This document shows positions 1-11,367 of a stretch of 57,138 bases of DNA, one piece after another (within the stretch, counting starts at the first letter, position 1; each line of letters begins with the position of its first letter). The notes beneath the pieces are model-generated. The model was not told the DNA's origin. It saw nothing but the letters and a program-made list of their open reading frames with translations, and did not search any database. The DNA is taken from NCBI GenBank assembly GCA_963575745.1, contig CAUYUJ010000044.1, positions 62,001 through 119,138 on the forward strand, in the 5' to 3' direction. A program made the translations under genes and the position numbers. The DNA is from Prorocentrum cordatum. Taxonomy: Eukaryota.

Positions 1-932
1 TGCTAACAATGTTGGTGGTGATGGTTGAGGTGGTGATGATGATGCTTACGATGCCAATGATGATGATGCTGATGATGCTGATGATGCTGATGATGCTGAT
101 GGTGGTGATGGCGATGTTGATGATGATAATGACGATGCTGATGATTATGATGATGGGGATGCTGATGATGATGATGATGATGATGATGATGCTGGTGATC
201 GCGGTGGTGATCACGATGGTAGCGAAGATGACGATGATCACGCTGACGAGACGATGACGATGGCTATAATGATGCTCGCGATGCTGATGGTGGTGATGAT
301 GATGGTGATTGATTACTGCACCACTATGGCGAGGACGAGGAGGAGGACGACGACGACTTCGACGACGACGATGACGATGACGTTGACGGTGATGAGGATC
401 CTCATGATGATGCTGATCATGATGGTGAAAATGACATGGATATCGTGGATAATGACGAAACTGATGATGATGACGACGAGGACGACATTGATGCCGATTA
501 TGATTACGATGGCCCTGCCGATGCTGATAATGATGATGATGATGATGCTGATGATGGGGATGATGATGGTGATGATGCTGATGATCATGATCATGGTGGT
601 GGTTGTGATGATGATGATGCTGATGATGATGATGGCGATTATGATGCTGATGCTGCTGATGATGATGATTATGACGATGATCGTGATGTTGGCGATACCG
701 ATGGCCATCATTGGAGGAGTGCGCGCGCGGGAGTTCGCGCTGAAAAGGGAGGAGGGGGGTAGGAGCTTGTGCAGAGTAGGGAGGCGGCAGGAAGAGAAGG
801 AGGAGGGGGACAAGGATGAGGAGAAGGAGTAGGATAGGGAGGAGTAGGAGGAGAAAAAGCATGAGAAGGAAGGAGGAGAAGACAGGGATGAGGAGGAGGG
901 AGAAAGAGGAGGAGGACGAGGACGAGGACGAG
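1..932 (+). repeat. Degenerate (GAT)n microsatellite followed by a GAG-rich purine tract
   Basis: GAT/GCT/GGT/GAC triplets at 1-710 and GAG/GGA at 745-932. The poly-Met/Asp/Ile ORFs are just its reading frames. Confidence 0.95.
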
Positions 933-1404
933 AATCATGGGAAACGGTCGCGCGCAAGGGGTGGCGTCGCGGAGACTTGGAATTCCGGATTACTCGTTAG
1001 GGGTCCTGCCCGAACGCTCCGATTTCCGAAGTTACAGGTTCCCGCCCTCCAGATTCCTTGGTCTTTTCCGGGCAGTCGTCTCCTCCTCCTCTGCTCCTGT
1101 CTTTTCCTCCAGTCCTCTCGGGTTTACCCAAAACGGGGTCCAGTGACAAGGGGGTGGTGCAGTAGATTTGGTGCAATAGATTTGTGGGGTTGCAATATAT
1201 TTGGGGCGTGCAGTACATGTCGGGGTGCAAATGTATTGCTGCATTTTCATGTGTTATGCCATTTGCTGCAATTTCGGGCGTGCCAATACATCATTTGCTA
1301 TACAATGCAATGCAATTCTCCGGCGCAATACATATGCAAAACAATTGCACCAAGTCTATTGCACTACCCCTTTTCAGTTGAACCCCGTTTTGGGTTGCCC
1401 AAAT

Positions 1405-1864
1405 CCTCTCCTCTCCTCTCATTTTCTCCTCTCCTCTCCTACTTCCATTTCTTCCTCTCTCCTCCTCTTCCTTCCTCTCCTCCTCTCCCCTCCTCCTCCC
1501 CGCCTGCTCCTCACCTCCTTTCTTCTCCTCCTCTCCTCTCCTCTCTTCTCCTCTCTTCATCTCCTCTCCTCATCTGCTCCCCTCTCCTCCTGTCCTCTCA
1601 TCCTGTCCTCAGCTCTCCTCTCATTTTCTCCTCTCCTCTTTTCTGCCCTCTCTTATTGTCCTCTCATGTTCTCCTCTCCTCTCCTCTCCCTTCCTTTCCT
1701 TTTCTCCTCCCCTCCTCTCGTCTCCTCCTCTCCTCTCCTCCCCTCGTCTCGTCCTCTCCTCTCCTTCCCTTCTCTCCTCTCCCCCCCCACGAGGAGGAGG
1801 AGGAGGAGGAGGAGGAGGAGGAGGAGGAGGAGGAGGAGGAGGAGGAGGAGGAGGAGGAGGAGGG
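1405..1864. repeat. CT-rich low-complexity tract followed by pure (GAG)n
   Basis: CTCCT/CTCT runs at 1405-1786, then (GAG)n at 1791-1864. Confidence 0.95.
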
Positions 1865-1879
1865 GACCGAACCTGAAAT

Positions 1880-4800
1880 CCGGAGCTGAAACCCTAAACT
1901 CTGGAGCTTCGGGTTTCCGACCTCTGGAGTCCCGGGTCTACGGCATCCTGGGAGCTTCTGGGGGCACTCTTGGGGCCTCCCGGAAGCTTCCTGGGAGCCT
2001 CTGGGAGGCCTCCTGGGACCACTTTGGGCCTCCTGGGAGCCTTTGGGGGCTTCTGGGGGGCTTCTTTGGCCGTCTCAGGGCATTCCTGGCCAGTCGGACG
2101 CCGTAGGAAGCCGTCTTGGGGGCCTCTTTGGGCCGAGATGAATCTCTCCTGGGGTACTCCGGGGCCGTCTTGGAGGCCATCTTGGGCGTCTTGGAGGCCT
2201 CTTGGGCTGTCTGGGGGCCCTCCTGGGGCCGTCTTGGGGGCCTCTTGGGCCGTTCTGGGATCTGTCGGGGCTCTTGGGTCGTCTCGGGTCGTCGGAAGGC
2301 CGAACAGAAGCGAGTGCCAACATCCTTCAAAAACCTACGGGAAATCAGTGAATTTGGCCTCATCGGGCCTTCCTGGAGGCCCTCTTGGAGGCCTCTTGGG
2401 CCTTCTTGGAGACCACTTGGGGGCCTCCTGGGCTGTTTTAGGCAATCTTAAAAGCCATCTTGGGCCGTCTTAAGGAGTTCCTGACCCATCTGACGCCGTC
2501 GGAAGTCGTCTTGGGGGCATCTCTGAACCGACTTGGGGCCCTCTTCGGGAGCTTCAGGGCCGGCTTGGAGACCACCTTGAACGACTTGAAGGCCTCATGG
2601 GCCGTCTTGGGGCCTTTTTGGGGCCGTCTTGGGGGCCTCTTGTGCCGTCATGGGGCCATCTTGGAAGCCTCTTGGGTGATCTTGGGGCGACCTTGTTGGC
2701 CTCTTGGGCTGTCTTAGGCCGTCTGAAGGTCGAAAAGGCGCAAATGAAAGAATCAGTCAATAACCTAAGGACAATCACTGTTTTTGGCCTCTTCGAGCCT
2801 TCCTGGAGGCCCTCTTGGAGGCCTCTGGGGCCGTCTTGGAAGCCTTTTGGGGGGGTCTCTTGGGCCGTCTTGGGCCATCCTGAGGCTATCTTAGGCCGTC
2901 TTTGGAGCATACCGGGCCGTCTGGGACGCATCTTGGGGCCATCTTAGCTGTCTTGGAGGCCATCTTAGCCGTCTTGGAGGCATCTTGGAGGCAATCTGAG
3001 GCCGTCTTAGCCGTCCCGGAGGCCGTCTTGAGCCGTCTTGGGAAATTTGTTTTGACAATTGCGGACCTTTCGGGTGGCCGAAGCCCCAGGGAGAGTTCTT
3101 TTGAAAAAGAACCAAAACCATCTCGTCTCAGGTCCAACACGCGGGGCACCCCTGTTGCAAGACCACAGGGGTCGGCGGATCGAAGACGCCTACGGCGAAT
3201 CACCGCCGCCCCCTGCCTTTTTGGAAGCGCCTATGTGGCCGAACGTTGGGGCGAGACCTGCCAAGCTATCGGACCATGTGTTCCCCGAATAGGTTTGGAA
3301 AGCCTTCGGGGAACACGTGGGCATCTTGAAGGTCATCTTGGCCGCCATTTTGACCCTTTCGGGCCTTCTTGGAGGACGTCTTGGATGGCTCTTGGGCCGT
3401 CTTGGAGGCCATCTTGAGCGTCTTGGAGGCCTCTTGGGCCGTCTTGGAGGCCTCTTGGGGCCGCCTTGGGCCTCTCGGGCGATCTTTGGGGGCACTAAGG
3501 CCGTCTCGGGCCGTCGGAAGGCCGAAAAAAAAGCAAATGCCACAATCCTTCAAAAACTCATGGGAACTCAATGATTTTGACCTTTTCTGGCCATTCTGGG
3601 GGCCCTCTTGGAGGCCTCTTGGGCCGTCTTGGGCCATCTCAGTGCCATCTTCGGCCGTCTTTGTGGGCCCCTGGCCCGTCCGACGCTGTCGGAAGCCGTT
3701 TGGGGGGCCTGTCTGAGCCGACTTGGGGCCCTCTTGGAATGCTCCAGGGCCGTCTTGGAGGCCATCTTGGGCGTCTGAAAAGCCTCCTGGGTCGTCTTGG
3801 AGGCCTCATGGGGCCGTCTTGGGGGCCTCTTGGGCCGTTCTGGGGCCATCTTGGAGGCCTCTTGTGCGATCTTTGGGGGCTCGTGGGCCGTATCGGGCCG
3901 TCAGAAGGCCGAAACGAAGCACATGTTTTTGGTCTTTTTTGGCCTTCCTGGAGGCCCTCCTGGAGGCCTCTTGGGCCGTCTTGGGCCAGCTTCGAGCCAA
4001 CTTCGGCCAACTTGGTGGGCTCCTGGCCTGTCTGACGCCGTCGGAAGCCGTTTGGGGGGCCTTTCTGGGCCGACTTGGGGCCCTCTTGAGGTGCTCCAGG
4101 GCCGTCTTAGAGGCCATTTTGGGCGTCTTGGAGGCTATCTTGGCCGTCTTGGAGCCCTCTTGGGGCCGTCCCGAGGGCCTCTTTGGCCGCCATGGGGCCA
4201 TCTTGGAGGCCTCGTGGGCGATCTTGGGGCGATCTTGGGGGCCTCTTGGGCCGTCTTGAGCCGTCACCGAGAAGAAGCAAATGCCCAAATCCTTCAAAAG
4301 CCTATGGAAAATCAATGAATTTGGCCTCTTCGGGCCCTCCTGGAGGACCTCTTGGAGGCCTCTTGGGCCGTCTCGGAGGCTTCTTGAGCGAACTTCGAGG
4401 TATCTCGGACTCTCTTGGGCCGTCTGGGAGGCCATCTTGGACCATCTTGGAGGCCATCTTGGGCCAACGTGGCCATCTTGGAGGCCATCTTGAGCCGTCT
4501 TTGAGAATTTTTTGCGGACGTTGAGGTCGTTTGCGGCCTGGAGCTCCCTCCCGGGACCCTGGCGGGACGCGCCGGAGCCCCAGGGGGAGTTCTTTTGGAA
4601 AAGAACCAAAACCAAAACCGAAATCATCTAGCACGCCAGGCACCCCTGGGATGAATCAACAGGGGGCGGCGGATCGAATGGCCTGCGGCACATCCCGCCA
4701 CCGTGCCTGGGCTGCGGGTCTGAGGCCACGCGGATGGCAGACGGGGTTTCGTGGGGGGCGTCTCGGGGGCGCTTGGGAAACAGTTTTGAACCGCGAGGTG

Positions 4801-5820
4801 GCCTCCTGGAGGCCTCTTGGGAGCTTTGTTCGGGCCTCTCGGGGCTCCTTGGGAGCGTGTTGGGGGCTTCTTGGGGCAGCCGGGGAGCGGTTTGGGGTCG
4901 ACGGCTCGAAATGTTCGTTTGGGTTCTCCTCTGGCCTCCCTTCTGGGGTTGTCCTGGAGCCCCCTGGGTCGTCCTGGGGGCTTCTTCAGCGGCCTTGGGG
5001 CCCTCTTGGGCTGTCTGGGGGCCCTCTTGGGGGCCTCTTGGGTCGTGGCCGTGCTGGGACGACACAGGAGGCTTCTTGGGCTGTCTTGGACGTTGTGAAC
5101 ATGCAAAAGGCGACTGTTCCGAAAATGCATGTTTTCCTTTGGGACTGGGGCGACTGTTACTTTTTGGAGGCCGTCCTGTGACGCCTCTTGAGGGCTTCTT
5201 GGGGCGTCTTGGGGCCCGTTTGGGCCGTTTGGAGGCCAGCGTGGGTGTTTTCGATTGATTTTTCGGCGGCTCATGGCCCTCTTGGACTGTGTAAGGGGGC
5301 TCTTGGTGCCTCTTGGCATTTCTTTCATGTATTTTCCCGCTTTTCGAGCGGTCTTGGGGCCCTCTTCGGTTGTCTCAGAGCCCTCTTCGGGGCCTCTTGG
5401 TACGTCTTGGGGCGACCCAGGAGGCTTCTTGAGCTGTCTTGGGCGCTGTTATCGCAGAAGAGGCGAACGTGCTAAACATGTAGGTTTCGCCGAGTGGAAG
5501 TATACAATGTTTTGCTCTTTGAGGCTTTCTTGGGACGCCTCTTGAGGGCTTCTTGGAGTGTCTTTGGGGCCGCTTGGGCCGTCTGGAGGCCATCGTTGGC
5601 ATTTTCGACCGATCTTTCGGCGGTCCGTGGCCCTCTTGGACCGTCCAGGGGGCCTCTTGGTGCCCTCTTGGCCTGTTTTGGGGCCCCCTGTCCCCCCCGT
5701 GATACGTTCGAGCAGTCCTTGGGGGACCATCCCCTCTCCAAATCGACCGGACTGGGCTCCCTGGGGTTTGGGGAGGGGGAAGCATCTCACGCGCCGAGGA
5801 ACCCCAAAGGGTCGGCGGAT
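1880..5820 (+). repeat. Cluster of dispersed repeats built from 10-11-bp GGCC(T/G/A)TCTTGG units (family A), at least three head-to-tail elements
   Basis: Many ggcctcttgg/ggccgtcttgg/ggccatcttgg units. A recurring A-rich module (…atccttcaaaa…tcaatgattttggcc) occurs near 2300, 2730, 3520 and 4270. Elements end in hairpin + CGGCGGAT at 3173, 4667 and 5813. Confidence 0.9.
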
Positions 5821-5849
5821 AATCTTTGAATGTGCTGCGAACTCTGAAA

Positions 5850-6130
5850 ACGAATGTCCGCTGCGCTGAGGCGAGAGCCACATTTTGAAAAGGAACCGCC
5901 GAGTGTGCGCGGCGCAGAGGCGAGAGCCATATTTTGAAAACGGCACGAATATGCGCGGCGGTGCGGCGAGAGCCACATGTTGGAAACGGCTCGTCTTCCA
6001 TCCGTGAAGCTCTTGCACGTTCGCAGCTTAAGAATCACAAGCGATGCGGGAGTCTCGGGCGAAACGCCCGGCCCGCCCTACGGAGACGCCGCAGGGTGCG
6101 CCAGGGAAGATTTATTCATAAGGAAACGGA
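5850..6130 (+). repeat. Dispersed repeat family B, copy 1 (gcgcggcgctgaggcgagagccacattttgaaaa units)
   Basis: Repeated ggcgagagccaca motif. The ~70-bp terminus at 6057-6126 (gggcgaaacgcccggcccgccc…gggtgcg.caggga.ga..tatt.ataa) is shared with 7248-7316. Confidence 0.85.
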
Positions 6131-6539
6131 CGGGGGAGCGAGGAGGAGGGAGTGGAGGAGAAGAACGATACTCACGAGGAGAATCAGGAGGAGGACCAGT
6201 GTAAACCCAAGCCTCGTCAACAATGTTGAAATACACCTTCCCTCCAAGATCCCTCTTCACAGGCCCCTACAAGGGGTCATTTCCACTGAGGGAATTGTCC
6301 CGTTGGGGCACATCCGTATGAACAACTTCAAGCGTGCCAGAACATGATTCTCATGACCTCAACGCCACGAGTTAACCTGAGTGTTACTTCTTGGCGGTCC
6401 TGAACCGTGCCAGAACACCATTGCTGGGATTTCAACACCGCGAATCAACGTAATCGTTGCGCCCTGACAATCTTGAATCGTTCCAAAACATAATTTCTGG
6501 TACGTTAGAGCCGTGAACTTCGTAAAGTGCTGCAACGAA

Positions 6540-7320
6540 CGTGCGCAGCGCTAACGCGAAAGACACATTGTGAAAAGAATCCGCCCTTCATCAGTGAAAC
6601 TTCTATGAATGTTTAGAACGAGTGCGCGCGAGGCTAAGGCGAGAGCCACATTGTGAAAACGATCCGCCCTCCATCTGTGAAGCTCATGGAAAGGTTCAAA
6701 ACGAGTGTGCGTGGCGCTAAGGCGAGAGCCACATTTTGGAAAGGAACCGCCCTCACGCTGTGAGGCTCTTGCAGAGTTTTAACATTCATGTGCGCGGCGC
6801 TGAGACGGGAGCCACATTGCGAACATCACCCGCCCTCAATCCGTGAAGCCCTTGCAATTTTTGGAAACTGAATGTGCGCGGCGGCCAAGGCGAAAGCCGC
6901 ATTTCGAAAACCACCCGCCTTCAATCCATGAAGCTTCTGTTGCTCATGTTTAAAACGAGTACGCGCGGCGCTGAGGCGAGAGCCACATTTTGTCAACGAT
7001 CCTCCTTCCATTTGTGAAATTGGTGTCAATGTTTAAGCATCAGGGTCATCAGTGGTGAGGAAGTCTTAGGCGCGGCGCTAAGGCGAGAGGCACATATTGA
7101 AAGCCCCCCCACAACCCGTGAAACTCTTTCAGATTTTTCGAAAAAGTATGCGCGGCGCTCCAGCGAGAGCCGCATTTTGAAAACCACCCGCCCTCCATCT
7201 GTAAAATTGCTGTCGACGTTTAAGCAACAGGGTCATTCATTAGTCGCAGGCGAAACGCCAGGCCCGCCCATTCGACCGGCCTCGGGGTGCGACAGGGACG
7301 AGCTATTTATAACGAACAGG
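6540..7320 (+). repeat. Dispersed repeat family B, copy 2 (roughly 77-bp tandem units)
   Basis: About eight units of gcgcggcgct.aggcgagagccacatt…ccgccctccatc.gtgaa, ending in the same terminal module as copy 1. Confidence 0.85.
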
Positions 7321-7958
7321 AACGAAGGAGGAGGAAGAGGAGGAAGACGAGGAGGAGGAGGAGGAGGAGGAGGAGGAAAGGAGGAAAGGAGGAAAGGAGG
7401 AAAGGAGGAAAGGAGGACAGGAGGAAAGGAGGAAAGAGGAAAGGAGGACAGGAGGAAAGGATCAAAGGATGAAAGGAGGGAAGGAGGGAAGGAGGGAAGG
7501 AAGGAGGAAGCAGGGAGGGAGGAGGGAGGAGGGAGATGGGAGTACCACGGGGTTGATGATGAAGGCTAAGGGCTATCCGACCCGACCCCGGCGCGAAACC
7601 TTGGAATCCGGGCCTCTGGTCTTTGACTGCAGCGGACCGCTGGAGCCGCCGCCCACGGGGCCTTTGAAGGAAGCAACTCGCCCACCCCGAGCAGCGCAGT
7701 CCTGGAGGGTGCGGCAGCAGGGTGCCTGGCACGCGCGCGACACGCACAGCACAACGCACGAACGTACGTTGAAGTCGGGCCCGTCCCTGTACCGGAGGAA
7801 TCTTCAAGAATGGTAGCAAAATTGTCAGGGGACTTTTTTTGGAGTATTTTTTTGACAATTTTGGGGTATGTTTTGAGTATTTGTAATTTTTCGTGGAAAA
7901 TCCCCCTTTGGGGGGACACGCCCGACTCCAATGTACGTGCACACGCGCGCAACGCAAG

Positions 7959-9355
7959 GACGAACCTCACGTGGGCCGCCGGGCCGCCACGCGGAGCCTG
8001 GCCCAGGGGGACCAGCGAACAGGAGGAGGAGGAGGAGGAGGAGGAGGAGGAGGAGGAGGAGGAGGAGGAGGAGGAGGAGGAGGAGGAGGAGGAGGAGGAG
8101 GAGCGTCAGCCGCCTCGGCGGTCTGCGCCAGCCAAGCCTCCTCTCGGCTCCCCGCCCCCCAACTGGGGCAGGGCCCGTCGCCTGGTGAGCGTTTTCTTGT
8201 TCACTCTTCTGCCGATCGGCGCGGGCCCTCGCGCCCCTCCCCTCCCCCCCCCCGTGGAGTAGATCTTGGCTGTTTTTGGCGCCTGTTTCGAGCAGGTGGA
8301 GTCTCCCCCACAGGACGCACGGTGCCAAGCAGTCGCGCTAAGCAGAGGTCCAGAGCCAGACCCCCCCCCACCATCCCCCACCCCCCCTCCCCCCAATGTC
8401 GAAACGCCGAATAAAACAACTTCCACCTGACAGAAACGGTTCAGGATGCGTGCTGACGGACGGGCGCTGCTGCCTCGACTGAAGCAGCAGAGCTCCTTTC
8501 GGCCAAGTCTCGCACCAGCTGGGCCGGCGGGATCGGTGGCTTCCAAGCCATCGGTGAGTTCGTGGAACCCTTTTGGATGCCTGCCCTCCTGAGCGCGCTG
8601 CCTCTGCGGCGGGCGAGCGAGGAGGAGCGAGGAGGAGCGAGCGAGGAGGAGCGAGGACGGGCGAGGAGGAGGAGCGAGGAGGAGCGAGGAGGAGCGAGGA
8701 GGAGCGAGGAGGAGGAGCGAGGAGGAGCGAGGAGGAGCGAGGAGGAGCCCCCCCCATGCAGGAGCCTGTCGGCTTCTGCTCCGCCTACTCGGCGGCCCTG
8801 CAGAGGCTGGCAGGCGGCCCGGCGCCCCCGGCCGCGGCACCGCCGGCGCAGGCTCCGCGGGCGCAGCGCCTCCCCTGATGCGTTCCCCGGGGGAGGACGG
8901 GGAGGAGGCCACCCACCGCCCAACCGCTATCTTGGGGAGGGATGTCTTGAAGCTATCTTGAAGGGCGGGGAGTGCTGTCTTGAAGCTATCTTCCACCGCC
9001 CACCAGACCCCCCAGCCCAACCCGAAGGCCCCGATTTGCTCTCCACTTCCAGTTGGGGGGGGGGGGCAGGGAACACTGGAAAAACACATGCTGAACCCGT
9101 CCCCCCCCAACCCGAAATTCTGGCAAAATTCGGGTCTTCGGGTTAGGTTGTGGTGGTCTGGTAGGTAGTCAATCTTGGATGTCTCTTTGGCCGTCTTGGG
9201 CGGTCGGAAGCCCCAGCGATCGAGAACTTCAACATCCAGCAGAGACCCAGGGAGCACCGCTTCTGTTCTCCTCGCTCGTCGAGCTCTCCCGGAGGGCTTC
9301 TCAGTGCACGCCGTCTGGGGGTCCGAGGTGGCCCAGCGCTGGTTCCGGCCAGCAG
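7959..9355 (+). CDS. Putative fragment of a multi-exon host gene of unknown function; exons 7959-8184, 8296-8347, 8445-8553, 8762-8813, 9251-9355
   Basis: All acceptors are AG|G. Donors are GTGAGC (8185), GT (8348), GTGAGT (8554), GC (8814) and GA (9356). Phases join into one open frame: DEPHVGRRAATRSLAQGDQRT(G)nASAASAV…QGPSPGGVSPTGRTVPSSRAKQRMRADGRALLPRLKQQ…SKPSEPVGFCSAYSAALQRLAGSTASVLLARRALPEGFSVHAVWGSEVAQRWFRPA. No recognisable domain, and GC-rich DNA makes chance compatibility possible. Confidence 0.45.
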
Positions 9356-9387
9356 GAAGGGCGGGCAGGATCGTGGTTCTGGGTTCG

Positions 9388-9419
<32 letters not shown>

Positions 9420-10143
9420 GCCTCGGGGGGCCGTTTTCGGGCCCCAGGACCGTGAAAAACGTATTTGGGGGTGGAGAATTGCACCAGATGGATGGGTCCT
9501 GGGAGGGGTCTGGGATCGATTTTAAGCAAATTTGGTTTCATTGCCCCCTCCTGTGTCCCAACCAGTTCACCCCCCCTGGCCGCCTGGAAGCGAATGTGAG
9601 AGTTGTTGTCGTCCTGTCTGGATCTATCGACCCTTCGCCGTTCTCGTTGACTCCCTGGCCTCGTCGAAGCGGGTCGTTTTGCTGGCCTTTGCGCACGCCG
9701 TCGCAACTTCTGTCGCGTGGCTTGCATGCTGACGCTGCGGGCTCGGAGTGATCGACAGCATGCCGAAGGAAGGAGAGGGCGAACGTGGAGAGGAGCAGCG
9801 AGGAGCAGCGAGGAGGAGCGAGGAGCAGCGAGGAGGAGGAGGAGGAGGACGAGGAGGAGGAGGAGGAGGAGGAGGAGGAGGAGGAGGAGGAGGAGGAGGA
9901 GGAGACAACGGCGGCCCTCTTTGATGTGTTTTTTGGTGCTGTCTAGCTTGGTCCTCCCGGAGGCTCCTCGCCACGGCTGCACCCGCCTCGGGAGACTCGT
10001 GGCCAGGGTGGGCCCCGCGCAGGGGCCTGGGGCCGGCGGCGTGGGAGAGCGGAGAGCCGCCGCTGCCTCCACGGGCCCCTCGGAGCTGCTTCCGCGGGCG
10101 GCCGCGCGGACCGCGCTCGTTGGTGCAGCGCCTCGCCCGCGGC

Positions 10144-10362
10144 AGGGGCCCGACCACCGACGAAAGCCTTCCGCGAGAAACCCGACCCTGAGACCCCAGG
10201 GGCCCGACCACCGACAAAAACCTTCACGAGAAACCCGACCCTGAGACCCCAGGGGCCCGACCACCGACAGAAGCCTTCCGCGAGAAACCCGACCCTGAGA
10301 CCCCAGGGGCCCGACCACCGACAAAAACCTTCCGCGAGAAGCCCAACCCTGAGACCCCAGGG
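10144..10362. repeat. Minisatellite, 4 x 53-54 bp
   Basis: Unit aggggcccgaccaccgac.aaa.ccttccgcgagaaacccgaccctgagacccc starts at about 10144, 10198, 10251 and 10305. Confidence 0.95.
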
Positions 10363-11011
10363 CGTCCGTGGATGTTTCGGTGCGGGAGCGTCACGCCTTC
10401 CGCGGCAGGACCATCGAGGCCCCAGAAGCCCAGGGCACGCTGGAGGCAAGCAGGGTGTCTCTTGGCATGGGCCTCATTTCTCTCCCTGTCTTTGTTTCTC
10501 TGCGTCAAGGTCTACCTTCGACGTCCAGTGTCTGTCGCGTGATGGGGCGAGGACCAGTCCTTCCCCAAGCGCAGCTCCACTGTCACCATTCTACTGCAGC
10601 CCCTCTCTCCTCCTTCGTTGCCCTGCCCCCATCGCCATGCACCCTTTCCCCTCCTCCCTCCTTCGCCTCCCAGTTCCGGGGGAGAGGAAGGGCGGGAGGT
10701 GCTGGTCCTGGGAAGCAGCCTGCCTGGGCCTCGAGAGGTGCAGCAGCGGCAGGGAGAGCTGCAGCAGCCCCGCCCCCCGCGGCCCCCGCAGCCCCCGCAG
10801 CGGCCGCCGCCGCCGCTGCAGCAGCCTCGGCCGCAGCAGCCCCCGCAGCAGGCCGAGCAGCTCACGGCACCCCGAGCCGCCCAGCAGCCCGCCGCTGCCG
10901 GCGCAGCGCGTGCCGCCGCGGCCGCGGCCGCCGCGGCCGCGCCGCCGCAGCAGCCGCGGCCGCCGCCGCCCCGAGGCGCCGAGGGGCCCGCGGAGGGGTC
11001 TGGCGCTGACC

Positions 11012-11175
11012 CCCTGGTAGGGGGGCCACCTGCGAACCCTGCCCCTGAACCCCAACGATTCCTGAGGGCGAGGGTGGGGTTCACTTCGCTCGCTCCCGCA
11101 CGAAGTGAACCCCACCCTCCCCCTCAGAAATCGTGGGGGGCAGGGGTAGGGTTCACACGTGGCCCCCTACCTGGG
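11012..11175. mobile_element. Foldback/MITE-like long inverted repeat
   Basis: ~77-bp arms (11012-11088 and 11101-11175) are reverse complements with a few mismatches, around a 12-nt loop. Confidence 0.8.
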
Positions 11176-11191
11176 CGGGTGCCTTGATCTG

Positions 11192-11362
11192 CCGGAGGTG
11201 GACAGGCCTCCTACCCTGACACGTCGATTCGTGAATGGGCCGTTTGCGGTTCGCGAGAGGGCGTCGCGGCCGTCACTTTTGCGGGCCCAGGTCCGTCGGT
11301 TTCGGTCCCAGGCCGCTTTCACTAAAGGGTGGTTTACTAAAGGGAGGTTTGTCCACCGCCGA
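11192..11362. mobile_element. MITE with ~20-bp TIRs and 5-bp TSD ATCTG
   Basis: Left end ccggaggtggacaggcctcc; reverse complement of the right end is tcggcggtggacaaacctcc. ATCTG at 11187-11191 and 11363-11367. Confidence 0.8.
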
Positions 11363-11367
11363 ATCTG

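Noticed and set aside
1938..5829. Many overlapping Gly/Leu/Trp/Pro-rich ORFs (also at 38591-39793)
   Set aside because: They are translations of the 10-11-bp GGCCTCTTGG repeat, with no domain and no preferred frame.
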